DNA from: Phaeosaccion multiseriatum
Taxonomy: Eukaryota > Protista > Ochrophyta, other classes
Direction of reading: 5' to 3'
Assembly: GCA_965112735.1 (NCBI GenBank)
Contig: OZ218950.1
Coordinates: 434,001-498,000, forward strand
DNA length: 64,000 nucleotides
The position numbers and the translations under genes are program-made. This document shows, piece after piece, positions 1 through 13,300 of the stretch (positions are counted from its first letter, which is position 1; each line of letters starts with the position of its first letter). The notes under the pieces are model-generated. The model was not told the DNA's origin. It searched no databases and was given only the letters and a program-made list of their open reading frames with translations.

Positions 1-159
1 CCAAGTCCATTGTGAATGTTGAAACCATTCGTTCCCCCCCCCCCCCCCCGCAATGAAGCACAGTGTGTGGCGAGTGGGGCAATTCACTTCAATTGACTTA
101 CTCTACGGTTCGCCCATTGCACGTGCCAAGCTTCACTGCGGATTAAGGCCATCGGGTCA

Positions 160-1149
160 CTAAATCCCAAGTCCCGAGGTATCAGCAGCAGGGCCCTCCA
201 CACGCACGCACGCTCGCAGCGCTTTCCGTCCGCGCCTCTTCTTCCCACTCGCCGTCACCATGCTCTCCTCCAGCACCGCCCACTCCTCCTTCAGCTTGTC
301 GTCATCATCATCCTCCCCTGCTCCTCCTGAGCGATAGCGGTGGTAGGCAGACACAAAGCCTCGGATCGTGCTCTCCAGGCTCGCCCCCTTCCTCTTTGTG
401 CGCACAGCGAGGTGGGGCAGCAGCAACACTTTACTCCGGCCCACAGCCACCACCACGCCATTCGATAGCTCCCCGTCCCGACGGCCGCACAAGGCCGTGG
501 CAGCATCAGCCCCGCCATCTTCCAGCCCTCTCCACAGGCCACAGGGCAGTTGAATCTCGTCCCCGACATGAAGCCCCAGCCCCGCAAGAAAACCCACCCC
601 ATTCCCATCCTCCAGTGCATCCTTCCTCTCCTCCCCTCCCCCAGGCATTGAAGGGGCGCATTTTGCCCTCTTTCTTCCTCTCCCATTGATGTCCTCCGCA
701 GCTCCTCGCTTGGGCACAGACGTACACGGGCCAGTCTCCTCCTTCTGCTCCGCCCCCTCCCTCTTCATTCGTGCATGCCTATGGCACATCCCACCTTGCT
801 GCCGATGCTTCTCGCACCCCTCAACAGTACACCTCTTCACCACAGCACCGTGCCCAAGGCAAAGTCCTCCTTGGACCCGATGGTTGTTACACCCCTCAAC
901 AGTACACCTCTTCTGTACCACCACAGCCCCGTGGGCCAGGCAAAGTCCTCCTTGGATCCGCTTCTTCTCGCACCCCTCCACAGTACACCTCTTCAGCACA
1001 GCCCCATGCCCAACGCAAAGTCCTCCTTGGATCCGTTGCTTCTCGCACCCCTCAACACTACATCTCTTCAGCACAGCTCCGTGCCCAACGCAAAGCCCTC
1101 CTTGGACCTGCCCCTTCCCGCACCCCTCCACAGTACACCTCTTCCGCAT
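160..1149 (-). CDS. WRKY19-like Cys/His zinc-finger repeat protein, copy 1 (5 repeats)
   Basis: ORF 160..1188 uses a GTG start; first ATG at 1149 (MRKRC). Five RCTVEGCxKxxxQGGLCxxHG units followed by a C-terminal domain shared by all copies. A spliced upstream start is possible. Confidence 0.8.
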   Translation of the reverse strand: MRKRCTVEGCGKGQVQGGLCVGHGAVLKRCSVEGCEKQRIQGGLCVGHGAVLKRCTVEGCEKKRIQGGLCLAHGAVVVQKRCTVEGCNNHRVQGGLCLGHGAVVKRCTVEGCEKHRQQGGMCHRHARMKREGAEQKEETGPCTSVPKRGAAEDINGRGRKRAKCAPSMPGGGEERKDALEDGNGVGFLAGLGLHVGDEIQLPCGLWRGLEDGGADAATALCGRRDGELSNGVVVAVGRSKVLLLPHLAVRTKRKGASLESTIRGFVSAYHRYRSGGAGEDDDDDKLKEEWAVLEESMVTASGKKRRGRKALRACVRVEGPAADTSGLGI

Positions 1150-2989
1150 TTTCACAACTCCGCGCCCTTCAAACAATCCTCCTTGCACCTCCTTTGCGTT
1201 TCTTCAACAGGTCCAAATCCACCTTAGGGCATAAGGGGCTTCGAGTCCATCCACTGCGTCTGCTCTTTCACTGTCTCTCTCGATCCACCTGAGAAATAGG
1301 GTCTTATTAATCCTGACGAGGAGTGAAAATTGAATGCTTCAGTCTGAAGACATAAGGAGGTTCCCAAGCGCCTGGCCCAAGTGGTAACGACACCAGGGTA
1401 CTCGAGAACCAAATGAATGCTTGTTACGCCAACTCGAACGCTTCCAACAAGTCCGCGCCGCCGTCTGAAGTCAGGGAGGGGGAAGATGGGAAGATGGGAA
1501 GAAGGGAGGAGCCCAGGAACATGCGATCTAGTTTCAGTTTCCGTTCATTGGCCCGAGCCTTGTTGCCCCCTTTGCTAATCCCCCTGTGACACCGGGAGTG
1601 GAAGGGACAGTTTGTGCAAAACACGTACGATAGCAGTGAGGCGAGAGTGAATTATCGAAATTAAAGGCTTAACGGCTTATGTGCCACCTGAGAGGTGGGC
1701 GAGGAAAGAGGAGGGAAAGGCCCATCACCATCAAGGAGCATACGAGCAATTCTTAAGCTAAGCTCTACCTCTGATGCTCCCTTCCATCTGCCCAGTCTGA
1801 CGAGCCTGCACCTCATGGAAGGCTTGCCATTGCCAGCACCGGTGCTGATGCCCCTCCCCTCCCCCCTGCCGCACCGCACCAGCTACAACGCGCTGCTGAC
1901 GACAAGCGCCAAAAACAAAGCACTTGCTGCTTTCTAATCCCCCACCAGCTACTGCTGCTGCGTCTGCAGTTGTTGCTCGCTGCTGCTGCGATTGGTCTTA
2001 CCGCTGCTCGTGCTGCTACTCCAGTGGATTCAGTCGCCCCGCTCGCCGCCCCTTGCACCCTCCAGCCGCCCTCATCTTCTATTCCAGCTTCTCCCCTGAA
2101 GACGATTGCCTACACCCAACGGAGGATGCTCACCCCTTGACCCCCTGCGGGAGCCTAATCGGACATCGTTCCAACGCGTCTTCTCAGCTCGCTCCACGCC
2201 CCCCTCTCCCTTCCTTCGCTTTCTCTGACTCGCTCGCCCCTCCTACTACGCTGAGCCCACGGCTGTCCTCTCCTCTCCGCCTCGACCGTTTGCTGCCCAT
2301 CGGTGTGACGGGTGGATGGCGTCGGCCTACATCCATAGATACATCCCTTTGTGTTCTCCTCTCTCGTGGTCCCTTTGCAGAACACCTTCACTGACTTACA
2401 ACCGAGTGATGATGGCGTTCAGCTGCTCCTCGCTCGTCGTACACTTTATAGCCCGCCGCCTGCCAAGGGGATGGCAGTGGATGGGCCGAGGGGAGGGGGA
2501 AGAGGATACACGAGAGAGTGATTACTTAGAGTTCCAATTCCAAAGAAGTGTGGAACACGGAAGAAGGGGAGACAACATACTACGACTTAGCTATGCTCTT
2601 GCTGCTGTATCCACTGCCATCCCCTGTCTCAATCCATCCACCTGCGTGTCCCTCCCCATCCACTGCCACCCCTTGAGGGCGGAGAGCAAAGCAAGACATA
2701 AACACACGGATGCACAGTGGAGAGAGAGGGAGGAGGGAAGGCGTGCATGGCTGGACAGGAACAAGGATGGCAAGAGCACCCGACTGGTGTTGAGAGAGGG
2801 GGGCCAGGGGGGGCAACAGAGATCCCAGAGGTGGTGGAGTGGAGTGGAGGCTTAGAGACTCTATTGGAGTGGCTGGAGACGTGGAGTTGAGTGAGTTGGA
2901 GAGGAGTGGGGTAAAGGGGGGTGGTGAGCAGAGAGGAGACGAGTCCACCACGCCTGACTTTGCGGCCATGCCTGGACTTGACTCCTCTC

Positions 2990-3022
<33 letters not shown>

Positions 3023-3433
3023 GGCAGGGCTGCAGTAGACACGAGAGGGAGTGCAATCAATCAATCAATCCATACACTGATCATTAAGTTAGCTTACGTA
3101 CCCCATCCCCCCAGCGGGCCTAGTCTTCATGTCACTTCCAAGCCCCCTCCTCGGATTCTGTGTGCCATCCATCTACCATCAAGCCTTCCTTCTATACCTG
3201 TAACCGATGTCGTGCCAAGTCATCTCTGCAGCTCCAGCGCCAAGTGACACACACAGCGTGTCCGTAGGCTGCCAAGTCCATTGTGAATGTTGAAACCATT
3301 CGTTCGCCCCCCCCCCCCCCCCCGCAGTGAAGCACAGTGTGCGGCGAGTGGGGCAATTCACTTCAATTGACTTACTCTACGGTTCGCCCATTGCACGTGC
3401 CAAGCTTCACTGCGGATTAAGGCCATCGGGTCA

Positions 3434-4723
3434 CTAAATCCCAAGTCCCGAGGTATCAGCAGCAGGGCCCTCCACACGCACGCACGCTCGCAGCGCCTTC
3501 CGTCCGCGCCTCTTCTTCTCACTCGCCGTCACCATGCTCTCCTCCAGCACCGCCCACTCCTCCTTCAGCTTGTCGTCATCATCATCCTTCCTTACTTCTC
3601 CTGAGCGATAGCGGTGGTAGGCAGACACAAAGCCTCGGATCGTGCTCTCCAGGCTCGCCCCCTTCCTCTTTGTGCGCACAGCGAGGTGGGGCAGCAGCAA
3701 CACTTTACTCGGGCCCACAGCCACCACCACGCCATTCGATAGCTCCCTGCCCCGACGGCCGCAGAAGGCCGTGGCAGCTTCAGCCCCGCCATCTTCCAGC
3801 CCTCTCCACAGGTCGCAGGGCAGTTGAATCTCGTCCCCGACATGAAGCCCCAGCCCCGAAAGCAAACCCACCCCATTTCCATCCTCCAGTGCCTCCTTCC
3901 TCTCCTCCCCTCCCCCAGGCATTGAAGGGGCGCATTTTGCCCTCTTGCTTCCTCTCCCATTGATGTCCTCCGCAGCTCCTCGCTTGGGCACAGGCGTACA
4001 ACGGGCAATCTCCTCCTTCTGCTCCGCTCCCTCCCTCTTCACTCGTGCATGCCTCTTGCACATCCCATCTAGCTTCCGTTGCTTTTCGCACCCCTCAACA
4101 GTACACCTCTTCCGTACCACCACCGCTCCGTGAGCCAGGCAAAGTCCTCCTCGGACCCGTACCTTATCGCACCCCTCAACAGTACACCTCTTCCGCACAG
4201 CTCCATGGGCCTCGCAAAGTCCTCCTTGGATCCGTACCTTATCGCACCCCTCAACAGTACACCTCTGCACCACAGCCCCGTGCCCTTTGCAAAGTCCTCC
4301 CCGTTGCGACTGCTTCTCGCACCCCTCAACTGTACACTTCTTCAGCACAGCCCCGTGCCCAACGCAAAGTCCTCCTCTGACACGATGCTTGTCGCACGCC
4401 TCCACAGTACACCTCTTCACCACAGCCCCATGCCCAACGCAAAGTCCTCCTTGGATCCGCAGCTTGTCGCAACCCTCCACAGTACACCTCTTCAGCACAG
4501 CTCCATGCCCAACGCAAAGTCCTCCCTGTTGCGACTGCTTGTCGCACCCCTCCACAGTACACCTCTTCACCACAGCCCCGTGCCGTTTGCAAAGTCCTCC
4601 TTGGACCCGATACTTGTCGCACCCCTCAACAGTACACCTCTTCACCACAGCTCCGTGCCCAACGCAAAGTCCTCCTTGGACCTGCCACTTCCCGCACCCC
4701 TCAACAGTACACTTCTTCCGCAT
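3434..4723 (-). CDS. WRKY19-like Cys/His zinc-finger repeat protein, copy 2 (9 repeats)
   Basis: ORF 3434..4762, first ATG at 4723; nine repeat units; same C-terminus as copy 1. Confidence 0.8.
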   Translation of the reverse strand: MRKKCTVEGCGKWQVQGGLCVGHGAVVKRCTVEGCDKYRVQGGLCKRHGAVVKRCTVEGCDKQSQQGGLCVGHGAVLKRCTVEGCDKLRIQGGLCVGHGAVVKRCTVEACDKHRVRGGLCVGHGAVLKKCTVEGCEKQSQRGGLCKGHGAVVQRCTVEGCDKVRIQGGLCEAHGAVRKRCTVEGCDKVRVRGGLCLAHGAVVVRKRCTVEGCEKQRKLDGMCKRHARVKREGAEQKEEIARCTPVPKRGAAEDINGRGSKRAKCAPSMPGGGEERKEALEDGNGVGLLSGLGLHVGDEIQLPCDLWRGLEDGGAEAATAFCGRRGRELSNGVVVAVGPSKVLLLPHLAVRTKRKGASLESTIRGFVSAYHRYRSGEVRKDDDDDKLKEEWAVLEESMVTASEKKRRGRKALRACVRVEGPAADTSGLGI

Positions 4724-6404
4724 TTTCACAACTCCGCGCCCTTCAAACAATCCTCCTTGCACCTCCTTTGCGTTTCTTCAACAGGTCCAAATCCACCTCA
4801 GGGCATAAGGGGCTTCGAGTCCATCCACTGCGTCTGCTCTTTCACTGTCTCTCTCGATCCACCTGAGAAACAGGGTCTTATCCTGACGAGGAGTGACAAT
4901 TGAATGCTTCAGTTTGAAGACATAAGGAGGTTCCCAAGCGCCTGGCCCAAGTGGTAACGACACCAGGGTACTCGAGAACCAAATGAATGCTTGTTACGCC
5001 AACTCGAACGCTTCCAACAAGTCCGCGCCGCCGTCTGAAGTCAGGGAGGGGGAAGATGGGAAGATGGGAAGAAGGGAGGAGCCCAGGAACATGCGATCTA
5101 GTTTCAGTTTCCGTTCATTGGCCCGAGCCTTGTTGCTAATCCCCGTCTGTGGCACCGGGGAAGGGACAGTTTGTGCAAAACACGTACGATAGCAGTGAGG
5201 CGAGAGTGAATTATCGAAATTAAAGGCTTAACGACTTATGTGCCACCTGAGAGGGGGGGAGGAAAGAGGAGTGAAAGGCCCATCACCCATCACCATCAAG
5301 GAGCATACGAGCAATTCTTAAGCTAAGCTCTACCTCTGCGATGCTCCCTTCCATCTGCCCAGTCTGACGAGCCTGCACCTCATGGAAGGCTTGCCATTGC
5401 CAGCACCGGTGCTGATGCCCCTCCCCTCCCCCCTGCCGCACCGCACCAGCTACAACGCGCTGCTGACGACAAGCGCCAAAAACAAAGCACTTGCTGCTTT
5501 CTAGTCCCCCACCAGCTACTGCTGCTGCGTCTGCGGTTGTTGCTCGCTGCTGCTGCGATTGGTCTTACCGCTGCTCGTGCTGCTACTCCAGTGGATTCAG
5601 TCGCCCCGCTCGCCGCCCCTTGCACCCTCCAGCCTCCCTCAGCTTCTATTCCAGCTTCTTCCCTGAAGACGATTGCCTACACCCAACGGAGGATGCTCAC
5701 CCCTTGACCCCCTGCGGGAGCCTAATCGGACATCGTTCCAACGCGTCTTCTCAGCTCGCTCCACGCCCCCCTCTCCCTTCCTGCTTTCTCTGACTCGCTC
5801 GCCCCTCCTACTACGCTGAGCCCACGGCTGTCCTCTCCTCTCCGACTCGACCCTTTTGCTGCCCATCGGTGTGACGGGTGGATGGCGTCGGCCTACATCC
5901 ATAGATACATCCCTTTATGTTCTCCTCTCTCGTGGTCCCTGTCACAGAACACCTTCACTGACTTACAACCGAGTGATGATGGCGTTCAGTTGCTCCTCGT
6001 CGTACACTTTATAGCCCGCCGCCTACCGAGGGGATGGCAGTGGATGGGCCGAGGGGAGGGGGAAGAGGATACACGAGAGAGTGATTACTTAGAGTTCCAG
6101 GTTCCAAGAAGTGTGAACATGAGACAATATGCGACTTATGCTCTTGCTGCTGTACCCACTGCCATCCCCTGTCTCAATCCATCCACCTGCGTGTCCCTCC
6201 CCATCCACTGCCACCGCTTGTCTCAGTCCTAATACCCGTGAGGTGGAGCAATCCTAGCTAAGCGCTTAACACCCCTTCCACCCTTCGCCTTTCACGCCGT
6301 CTCAGGGCAGCGAACGCACGCACGCACGCACGCACGCACGCATCGAACGAATGAAAGCACCGCACCACACCACACCACACCACACCACACGCGCACTCAC
6401 TCAC

Positions 6405-6470
6405 CTTGGTGACACTTGCTACCTCGACGTTCTCGTGATTGATCTTCTCCTCCATCACTTGCTTCAGGAC
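6405..6470 (-). pseudogene. Orphan exon of 20S proteasome alpha-5 subunit (C-terminal)
   Basis: 66-nt exon flanked by cag / gtgagt encoding VLKQVMEEKINHENVEVASVTK, matching the alpha-5 LKQVMEEK motif. No other alpha-5 exons recognised nearby. Confidence 0.7.
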
Positions 6471-6501
6471 CTGTGAGTATGATTGTGTGTGTATGTGTGT
6501 G

Positions 6502-6547
<46 letters not shown>

Positions 6548-8201
6548 GGACAGGGATGAGGTTGGGCGAACGGGCCCAAGAACACACGTTTCTTTATTCT
6601 TTCGACATCGCTTTGAACCACTTTAGACCAACTTTGGTCAATTTGAGGTGATTCAAAAGCGGTTCAAACGGCTGTTCATTTGGGCCTCAAGCCTCAAGTC
6701 TCACTCAACCGCGAAAGCACAGTAAACTGCAAACTGAAAACTGAACACACGCAAACGCAGCACAGCACAGCAACCACTACACGGACCACTCCTCCGTCCC
6801 TCCCCGCCCGTGTCCCCTCTTGTCCCTTGTGCTGCCATCTTGCCTGCTATCTTTCCGTCGGTCGCTACCCTGTGCTGCTGCTCCCACAGCCAGCCCTGTT
6901 TCTGTTGCCTCCCTCCTACACTAGTACTGTCTGTCCAGTTGGGAGAGGGAGGGAGACTACCACACAAATGCCTTACAAAGCCCTGTGTGCGGGGGAAGAT
7001 GGACGATTGGACATACCGCATAGCAGAAGGGAAGGAGGTAACAAACAGGACTGTGGCACGCTTCTCAAAGTGTGTCTTGTTCGGCGTGGGGGCAGGTAAG
7101 GGTGTATGGGTAAGAGCTTGCCCGGCTCGTGCTCTGCCGAAGAGACAAAAAGACACATATAAACACACCTGCGCTGTCAAGGAAATTCCTCTCCATGCTC
7201 GTGTATGAATTGGACGAGTTTCCAGCCCAACACGGACATTGGGGCAGAGACATGCACGGAAAAAGGGAGACTGCCATGCTCTGCTCCCTGCATTGAACGT
7301 CTCCACGTTGGCGTACGAGCGCTGGCTCAATGCCCAAGTAGGGTAAAATTTCCATTTCTTACCGTACCGCGTGTGTGTCTCCTTTGGCAGAGCAGCAGCG
7401 GACGTGCTGTGCTGTATCACCAACGGGTGTATCACCAAAGAGCAGCAGCGGGCGTCCTTGGAAGGGAAGACAGACGAACGACGCCTGCACACGTTGGACA
7501 GTGAGTCTTCCACGCTGCCGTCGCATCACCACCGCCAACTGCTGTATCACCAACTGCTGCTGCTTGTACTGCTACGTGGGCTCCGTCCTGATGCTGCTGC
7601 ATCGCCAACTCCTGCATCGCCAACTGCTGCTCTCTCAGGACTGCAAGCCACTGATCGACTGACCGACTGACTGACCGACCCACCCCTCGCCAAGACCGGG
7701 ACGTGCGTGGAGGGCACCAAGATCGACATGGGCTGCTTCCAAAATACCAGTACACCTTGCTCGTTCCAAAGCTTCCAAGGTCGGTGGAGGGCCGCCTCAC
7801 GTTCACCTACACATGCTCCTTCCCCTCGCCCCCTGTCCCCCTGCCTTTCCCTCGCCTCCTGTCCCGGTGGAGGGCATTCCTTGCGCACTGTACATTGGGT
7901 AGGTGTGTGTGTGTGTGTGTGCGTGTGCAAGGCCAATTTCAGCAGCCGTCTCTCTACTTGCTTGCTTGACTTGCCTGCTTCACCCCCCCTGAAGAGCAAG
8001 GGAGCATGGAGCAATCGTTCATGACAAGCGTGCGTGGCCCTACGTAGGATTGGAGAAAGCACGCTTGTCATGTATCACGATCTCCATGCTCGCTACCCTT
8101 GAGGGAGAGCGAGGCAAGCAATACCTCTCTTCCCTCCCCTATTCTCGCCCTTCCAAGCGCCGCCAAAACTCGCCTCTCGGGGTATTGCTGCTGTATCACC
8201 A

Positions 8202-8237
<36 letters not shown>

Positions 8238-8358
8238 AACCGAGCTCTGTGAGAGAGACTCTCTCCAGTAACGTGGAGTACTGTCATGCGTGTCATCACC
8301 GCGCGTGAGTCCCCACATCTCGAGCACCGGTCGACGACGGCGTCCCCCTAATAGCTTC

Positions 8359-8728
8359 CTAGCTTCCTTGCCATTCTTGCATAGGATTCGGCACGTCTTG
8401 CCTGCCTCGTCGCTCACGCTCACGCTTCTCTTGTTTAGCCGCTTTTGCCTTCAAAGCTTCACCTCCACCTCCCTGTGCGGCCGCCGGGGCACATAGGAGA
8501 CACGAGCGAGGCAATGACGGGGCAGCAGGTTAGCAGCAAGTAGGAGTTCCTAGGGGAAGGCGGGCGCAGACGGGCAACGAAGAGGCACCCGTCGGACCAG
8601 ATCCACTCCATCCCTCACTATAGCACCTGTTGAAAACGCTTTGCGCGCGCCTCCGCAGCAGCGGCGAACTCTTGCCTGCGCTCCTCCCGCTCCTCCTCAG
8701 ACAGCTAAGCAGAAGGCCAACAGTCAGT

Positions 8729-8805
<77 letters not shown>

Positions 8806-9046
8806 AGGTGAGAGAAAAGAAAGGGGAGGGAGGGAGGAAAGAAGGAAGGAAGGAAGGAAGGGAGAGAGAGAGAAGAGGAGCGTCGCGTTTGACGCAGAGT
8901 GAGTGAGTGAGTGAGGGGGGGTACAAGGGGAGAGGAGGAGGTAAACGGCAGCAGGCCACTTTCTTCTCTGCAGACAACGATCTCACCTCTACATGAGGCG
9001 GCTTATCTTCCCCACAGCAGCAGAACCAAGAACAGCACGCTCCCAT
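8359..9046 (-). CDS. Small VCP/p97-interacting protein (SVIP)-like, 3 exons
   Basis: Spliced product MGACCSWFCCCGEDKPPHVE / LSEEEREERRQEFAAAAEARAKRFQQ / GGGGEALKAKAAKQEKRERERRGRQDVPNPMQEWQGS*. Myristoylation/palmitoylation-type N-terminus and a VIM-like RxxxAxAAExR motif; GT-AG junctions. Confidence 0.7.
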
Positions 9047-9303
9047 ATCTTCCCTTATTTCTTATTTCCTCTTATTTCCTCTCGCCCTTGCGAAGCGCAC
9101 GGACTGAAACTGCGGATCGCTCCTTCTAGCAAAGCGAATGAGACAAAAGAAGGGCGATAGGGCGATACACGGTGCTTGCCGTTCAGTCAAGAGAGTTAAA
9201 TGCAGCGGAGATCCAGCCGATAGTGAAGCTTGAGGCACCGCACCAGTCGTAGCCTTGGAGAGAGGCCGAGAAGGGCCGGGCTGCCACAGCCGCAGAGAGC
9301 ACG

Positions 9304-10338
9304 ATGGCGAAGGGCAAATCTTCCAAGCAACAGAGGAAGGGGGGAGGAGCAGCGGCAGGAAGAGCCAAGACGGGGGCTAAGAGGGTGAGTCGAGCTGAAG
9401 GGCTTGTGGCGCGGTGGGGAGACTCCGTGGTAGTGCGGACGATGTTAATAAATTTATTTTGTCTCTTGCTTGCCTTGGAAGTAGGCTGGCACACAAGGGT
9501 TGGAGAGCTCGGATTTTCCGTTGCTGAGCTCCATTCAGAGTAGAGTAGAGTAGACCTTGGGTAGCGACGAAGCACTGCGGCCTCTTTGGCTAAGTTCCTG
9601 CGTGCTTTCAAGCCCATCCCAGTGGAATCGACTCCCATCTCCCTTCCCGGACCCGGGCCCTCCCCTACCTATCCTGTTCTTCTCATCTTCGCACTATCAT
9701 CTCCACACTCCTCTCGCCCCCCCCTCCCTTCCTCCCTCGCCTCCTCCTCCTCCTCCTCCTCCTCCTCCTCCTCCTCCTCCTCCTCCTCCTCCCCTCCCTC
9801 CCTTTGCCCTCAGATCGCCTCTGTGCAGAACAACCCCTTCGAGCGACGCGCTATCACCAAGAAGAAGCATGACATCTTCAACAGACGTGTCAAGGTCAGT
9901 GTCAGGGGCAGGGAGAAGAAGAGAGGGTGATGGTGACGGAAGAAGGAAGGAAGGGGGGGAGTGATGGTGAGGGAGGAAGGGGAGGGAGGGAGGGGGGGAG
10001 GGAGGCCATCATCGTGTCGTCGTATCAGCCCCGCCCCCTGCTCACTCACTAGCGCCTCACTACTCTATCCTCACACCACACAGGGGGCCAACAGGAACGT
10101 TGCCCAGGCGCGCAGCATGGCGGAGCAGCGCAGAGCAGAAACCCTCCTGCAGGACTACAAGCAGAACAAGAAGGCCAACTCCTTCGACGACAGGTGGGGG
10201 TCAGGATAGAGCAGTTGATGCAGCAGCAGCAGCAGCAGCAGCAGGAGGAGGAGGACGGCTGAAAAATGCTTCTTCACCTCACACACATACTTCCTCCACC
10301 ACCACCACCACCTCCTCCTCCTCCTCCTCCTCCTCCTC

Positions 10339-10369
<31 letters not shown>

Positions 10370-13300
10370 TCTTCCTCCTCCTCCTCCTCTTCCTCCTCTT
10401 CCTCCTCCTCCTCCTCCTACCGCCTCCCCCCCACTCCACTTCCACAGGCGCTTCGGCGAGACAGACGCTACCCTCGGACTCGAGGACAAGATGTGGGGCA
10501 GAATGCAACAGGAGAGCCTTCGCAGGAGCAGGAGTAGGGCATCGGCATACAACCTGGAAGAGGACGCCGGGGGGGCGGGTGGACACAGTGACTCTGACGA
10601 TGGTGGGGGGGGACTGGGAGCACTCACACATAAGGGCAGACCGCTCGGGGCACGGGCAGCCGACTATGAGGATGGAGCGGGGTCGGATGATGACGATGCT
10701 TTTGGGTTGAGCAGTGAAGTGGTGGACAGACTGCACTTCGGAGGTGGCGGGGGGGGGGTGGGTGGGGGAGGGGGGGGGGCAGCGGCGGGGAGGGATCGGG
10801 GGGTGAGCAGCGGCTGGGAGGAGAAGTCGAGGAAGGAAGTGTTGGATGAGATTATCGCCAAGAGCAAGAAGGTGAGGGGAGGGAAGGAGGGAGGGAGGGA
10901 AGGAAGGAGGGAGGGAAGGAAGGGAGAAGGTGAGGGGTGAGTCTGTTGGTTTGGAGCGAAGGGAAGGCACATAGGGGCTTACAGACAAGGGGCTTGAGTT
11001 ACTGGTTCTCCAGGAGCGCATGAGGCAGGCATACGGGCAATACACAGAGGGTGCGGTGCGGTGTGTTGTGTATGTGTTTTGTGCACGGCAGAGTGAGTGA
11101 GTGAGTAAGCGAGTGTGTGTGTGAGTGAGTGAGCGAGCGTGTGAGTGAGTGTGTGTGTGAGTGAGTGAGTGAGTGAGTGAGTGAGTGAGAGTGTGAGTGA
11201 GTGAGAGTGTGAGTGTGTGTGTGTGTGTGTGAGTGAGTGAGTGAGTGAGGGAGTGTGTCATGTACAGCAGCTCTTTTGCGACAGGGATCGGCGTGGCCAG
11301 AGGGTGTGCGTGGCCGTTGTTAGTTGAGGCCCCGACCCCCCCCTTGGGGAGCGAGGGCGCCTCCTGACTTCGTGCCCCTACCCTCGTCGAGCCGAACTCT
11401 CGCCGCCTCCCTTACTATGAGCTGCGAGAGAGGTCCCCTTCGATCTCTGGAGAGGAGGGGAGGGACTGTTTGAGTTGGCTCTGTGACGGCAGCGTGAGCT
11501 GTGCAAACGGCGAGCGGCGCCACTGGAGGGATGCCTAATTTACCGGCCCTACATTTTTGCTTTTCATGGCTTTACTTCGCTTTGGTTTTCTTGACATCGC
11601 TTGACTTTGCTTCGCTTGACATCGCTTGACTCTGCTTCGCTTGACATCGCTTGACTTTGCTTCGCTTGACATCGCTTGACTTTACCTCCTCTCATCTTGG
11701 GGAGGGAGGGGAAGCACCTTTCTTTGTGCGTTGCTTTTGCTTTGCTTTGGTAGCGCGCTGTAGCCTTCCTGCCTTCACCCCTGCCCCGGTTCTCCCCGTA
11801 AACCTCCACTCTCCTCTCTCGTGCCTTCCCATACGCCCTCTACTCTCTCTCCCTTACTGTCTCTCTCCCTCCCTCTCTCGTTACTCTCTCACCCTCCCTC
11901 TCCCTCTCTTTTCCCCTCTCTCCTTTCTATCTCTCTCTCCTCGTTTTCTGTCTCCTCCCTCTTTCCTCGCCTGCCTCCCCCTCCCTCTCTCTCTCCCTCC
12001 CTCTCTCTATACTCCACTCTCTCTCTTCATCACTAGGGCCGAGCGGAGAAGGCGAAGGGCAAGGAGGAGCAAGACGCCGGGGTGGAGACTCTAGACGGGG
12101 GCTTTCATGAGCTTATGGGCTTGCTGGATATGAGGCAGTTCGACGGGGGAGGGGAGGAGAAAGGGAGGGGGCAGGACGGCAGCAAGAGGGGCAAGAAGAG
12201 GGAGCTTGACGACTACGATAAAATGATGAGGGTGAGTGCGTGCGTGCGTGGGGTGGTGGGTGGGTGAGTAGGTGGGTGGATGGGTGGGAGGATGAGTGGG
12301 TGGGTAGGTGGGTGGGTGAGTAGGTGGGTGGATGGGTGGGAGGATGAGTGGGTGGGTAGGTGGGTGGGTGGGTCGGTGGGGATGGTAGCTGATAGAGATG
12401 GGTGGGGGCTGGGGTGAAGGCGTATGGGGGGATATGGGGTGCTGCGGGTGGGCTCTGCTGCTTCTGGTTAGGAGGTTATTGATGTTCATGACACGACCCT
12501 ACTTGCTCGCTCGTGTACTTGCTCACTCCCTTACCCAGGCCCCTCACATACTTACTCACTCACTCACTCACTCACTCACTCACTCACTCACTCACTCACT
12601 CACTTACCCACCACTCACTCACTCAATCCCTCCCTCCCTCACTTACTCACTCACTCACTCCCCCTCCTCACTCAACGCCCTCCCTCACTGAATCACTCAC
12701 TCACTTACCCACTCACTCACTCACTCACTCACTCACTCCCCCTGCCCTACTCACTCACTTACCCAGCCCCGCACTCATTCACTGTATCACTCACTCTCCC
12801 AGCCACTCACTCACTCACTCCCCCTCCTCACTCAATGCCCTACTTTGTGTGTGCAGGAGTTCGTGTACGAGGCGCGAGGGAAGGCCACGGACAGGACAAA
12901 GACGGCGGAGGAGGAAGCAAAGGCAGCCAGGGACAAGCTAGACAAACTAGAGGTGAGGGGGGGAGGAGGGAGAGGGTGGAGGATGGCAGTCGATGGGTGG
13001 GGGTGGGGGCAGGCGATAGTGTGTGTACTCGTTGGAGTATTGTACGTGGTGACTCTCTCTCCCTCTCTCGCAACAGCTTTGCTTTGCTCTGCAGCAGGCA
13101 GGCAGGCAGGAAGGTCCGTTTGCCTGTGTCTGGTCCTCTTCCAACTCTTTAACCGTTGTCTGACCCCTCCCCCCTCTCCTATCCACTGCCATCCTCCACC
13201 TTCCCCCCCACTTCTTCCCCTCCCCCCTGTGTCATGTCAGGACAAGCGTAGGCGGCGTATGAATGGAGAAGAGTCGGACGATAGTGAGGAGGAGGAGGGG

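Larger units (their letters stand above)
1..6214. repeat. Tandem segmental duplication (period ~3271 bp) carrying zinc-finger gene copies 1 and 2
   Basis: ccaagtccattgtgaatgttgaaacc occurs at 1 and 3272. Colinear near-identity of 1..~2670 with 3272..~6214, apart from repeat-unit number and small indels. Confidence 0.92.

Noticed and set aside
686-4903. Long antisense and alternate-frame ORFs over the zinc-finger repeats (e.g. 4079..4903 +; also 29363..30322 -)
   Set aside because: Shadow frames of a stop-free, in-phase tandem repeat; no independent evidence.
6700-8300. Possible spliced gene (ORFs 6701..7513, 7547..8071, 6810..7208)
   Set aside because: Some exon-like segments, but no recognisable domain or consistent splice path could be built by eye.
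10155-11261. Low-complexity ORFs (THS-, ER-, poly-P-rich) here and across the window
   Set aside because: Translations of intronic microsatellites or antisense strands of real exons.
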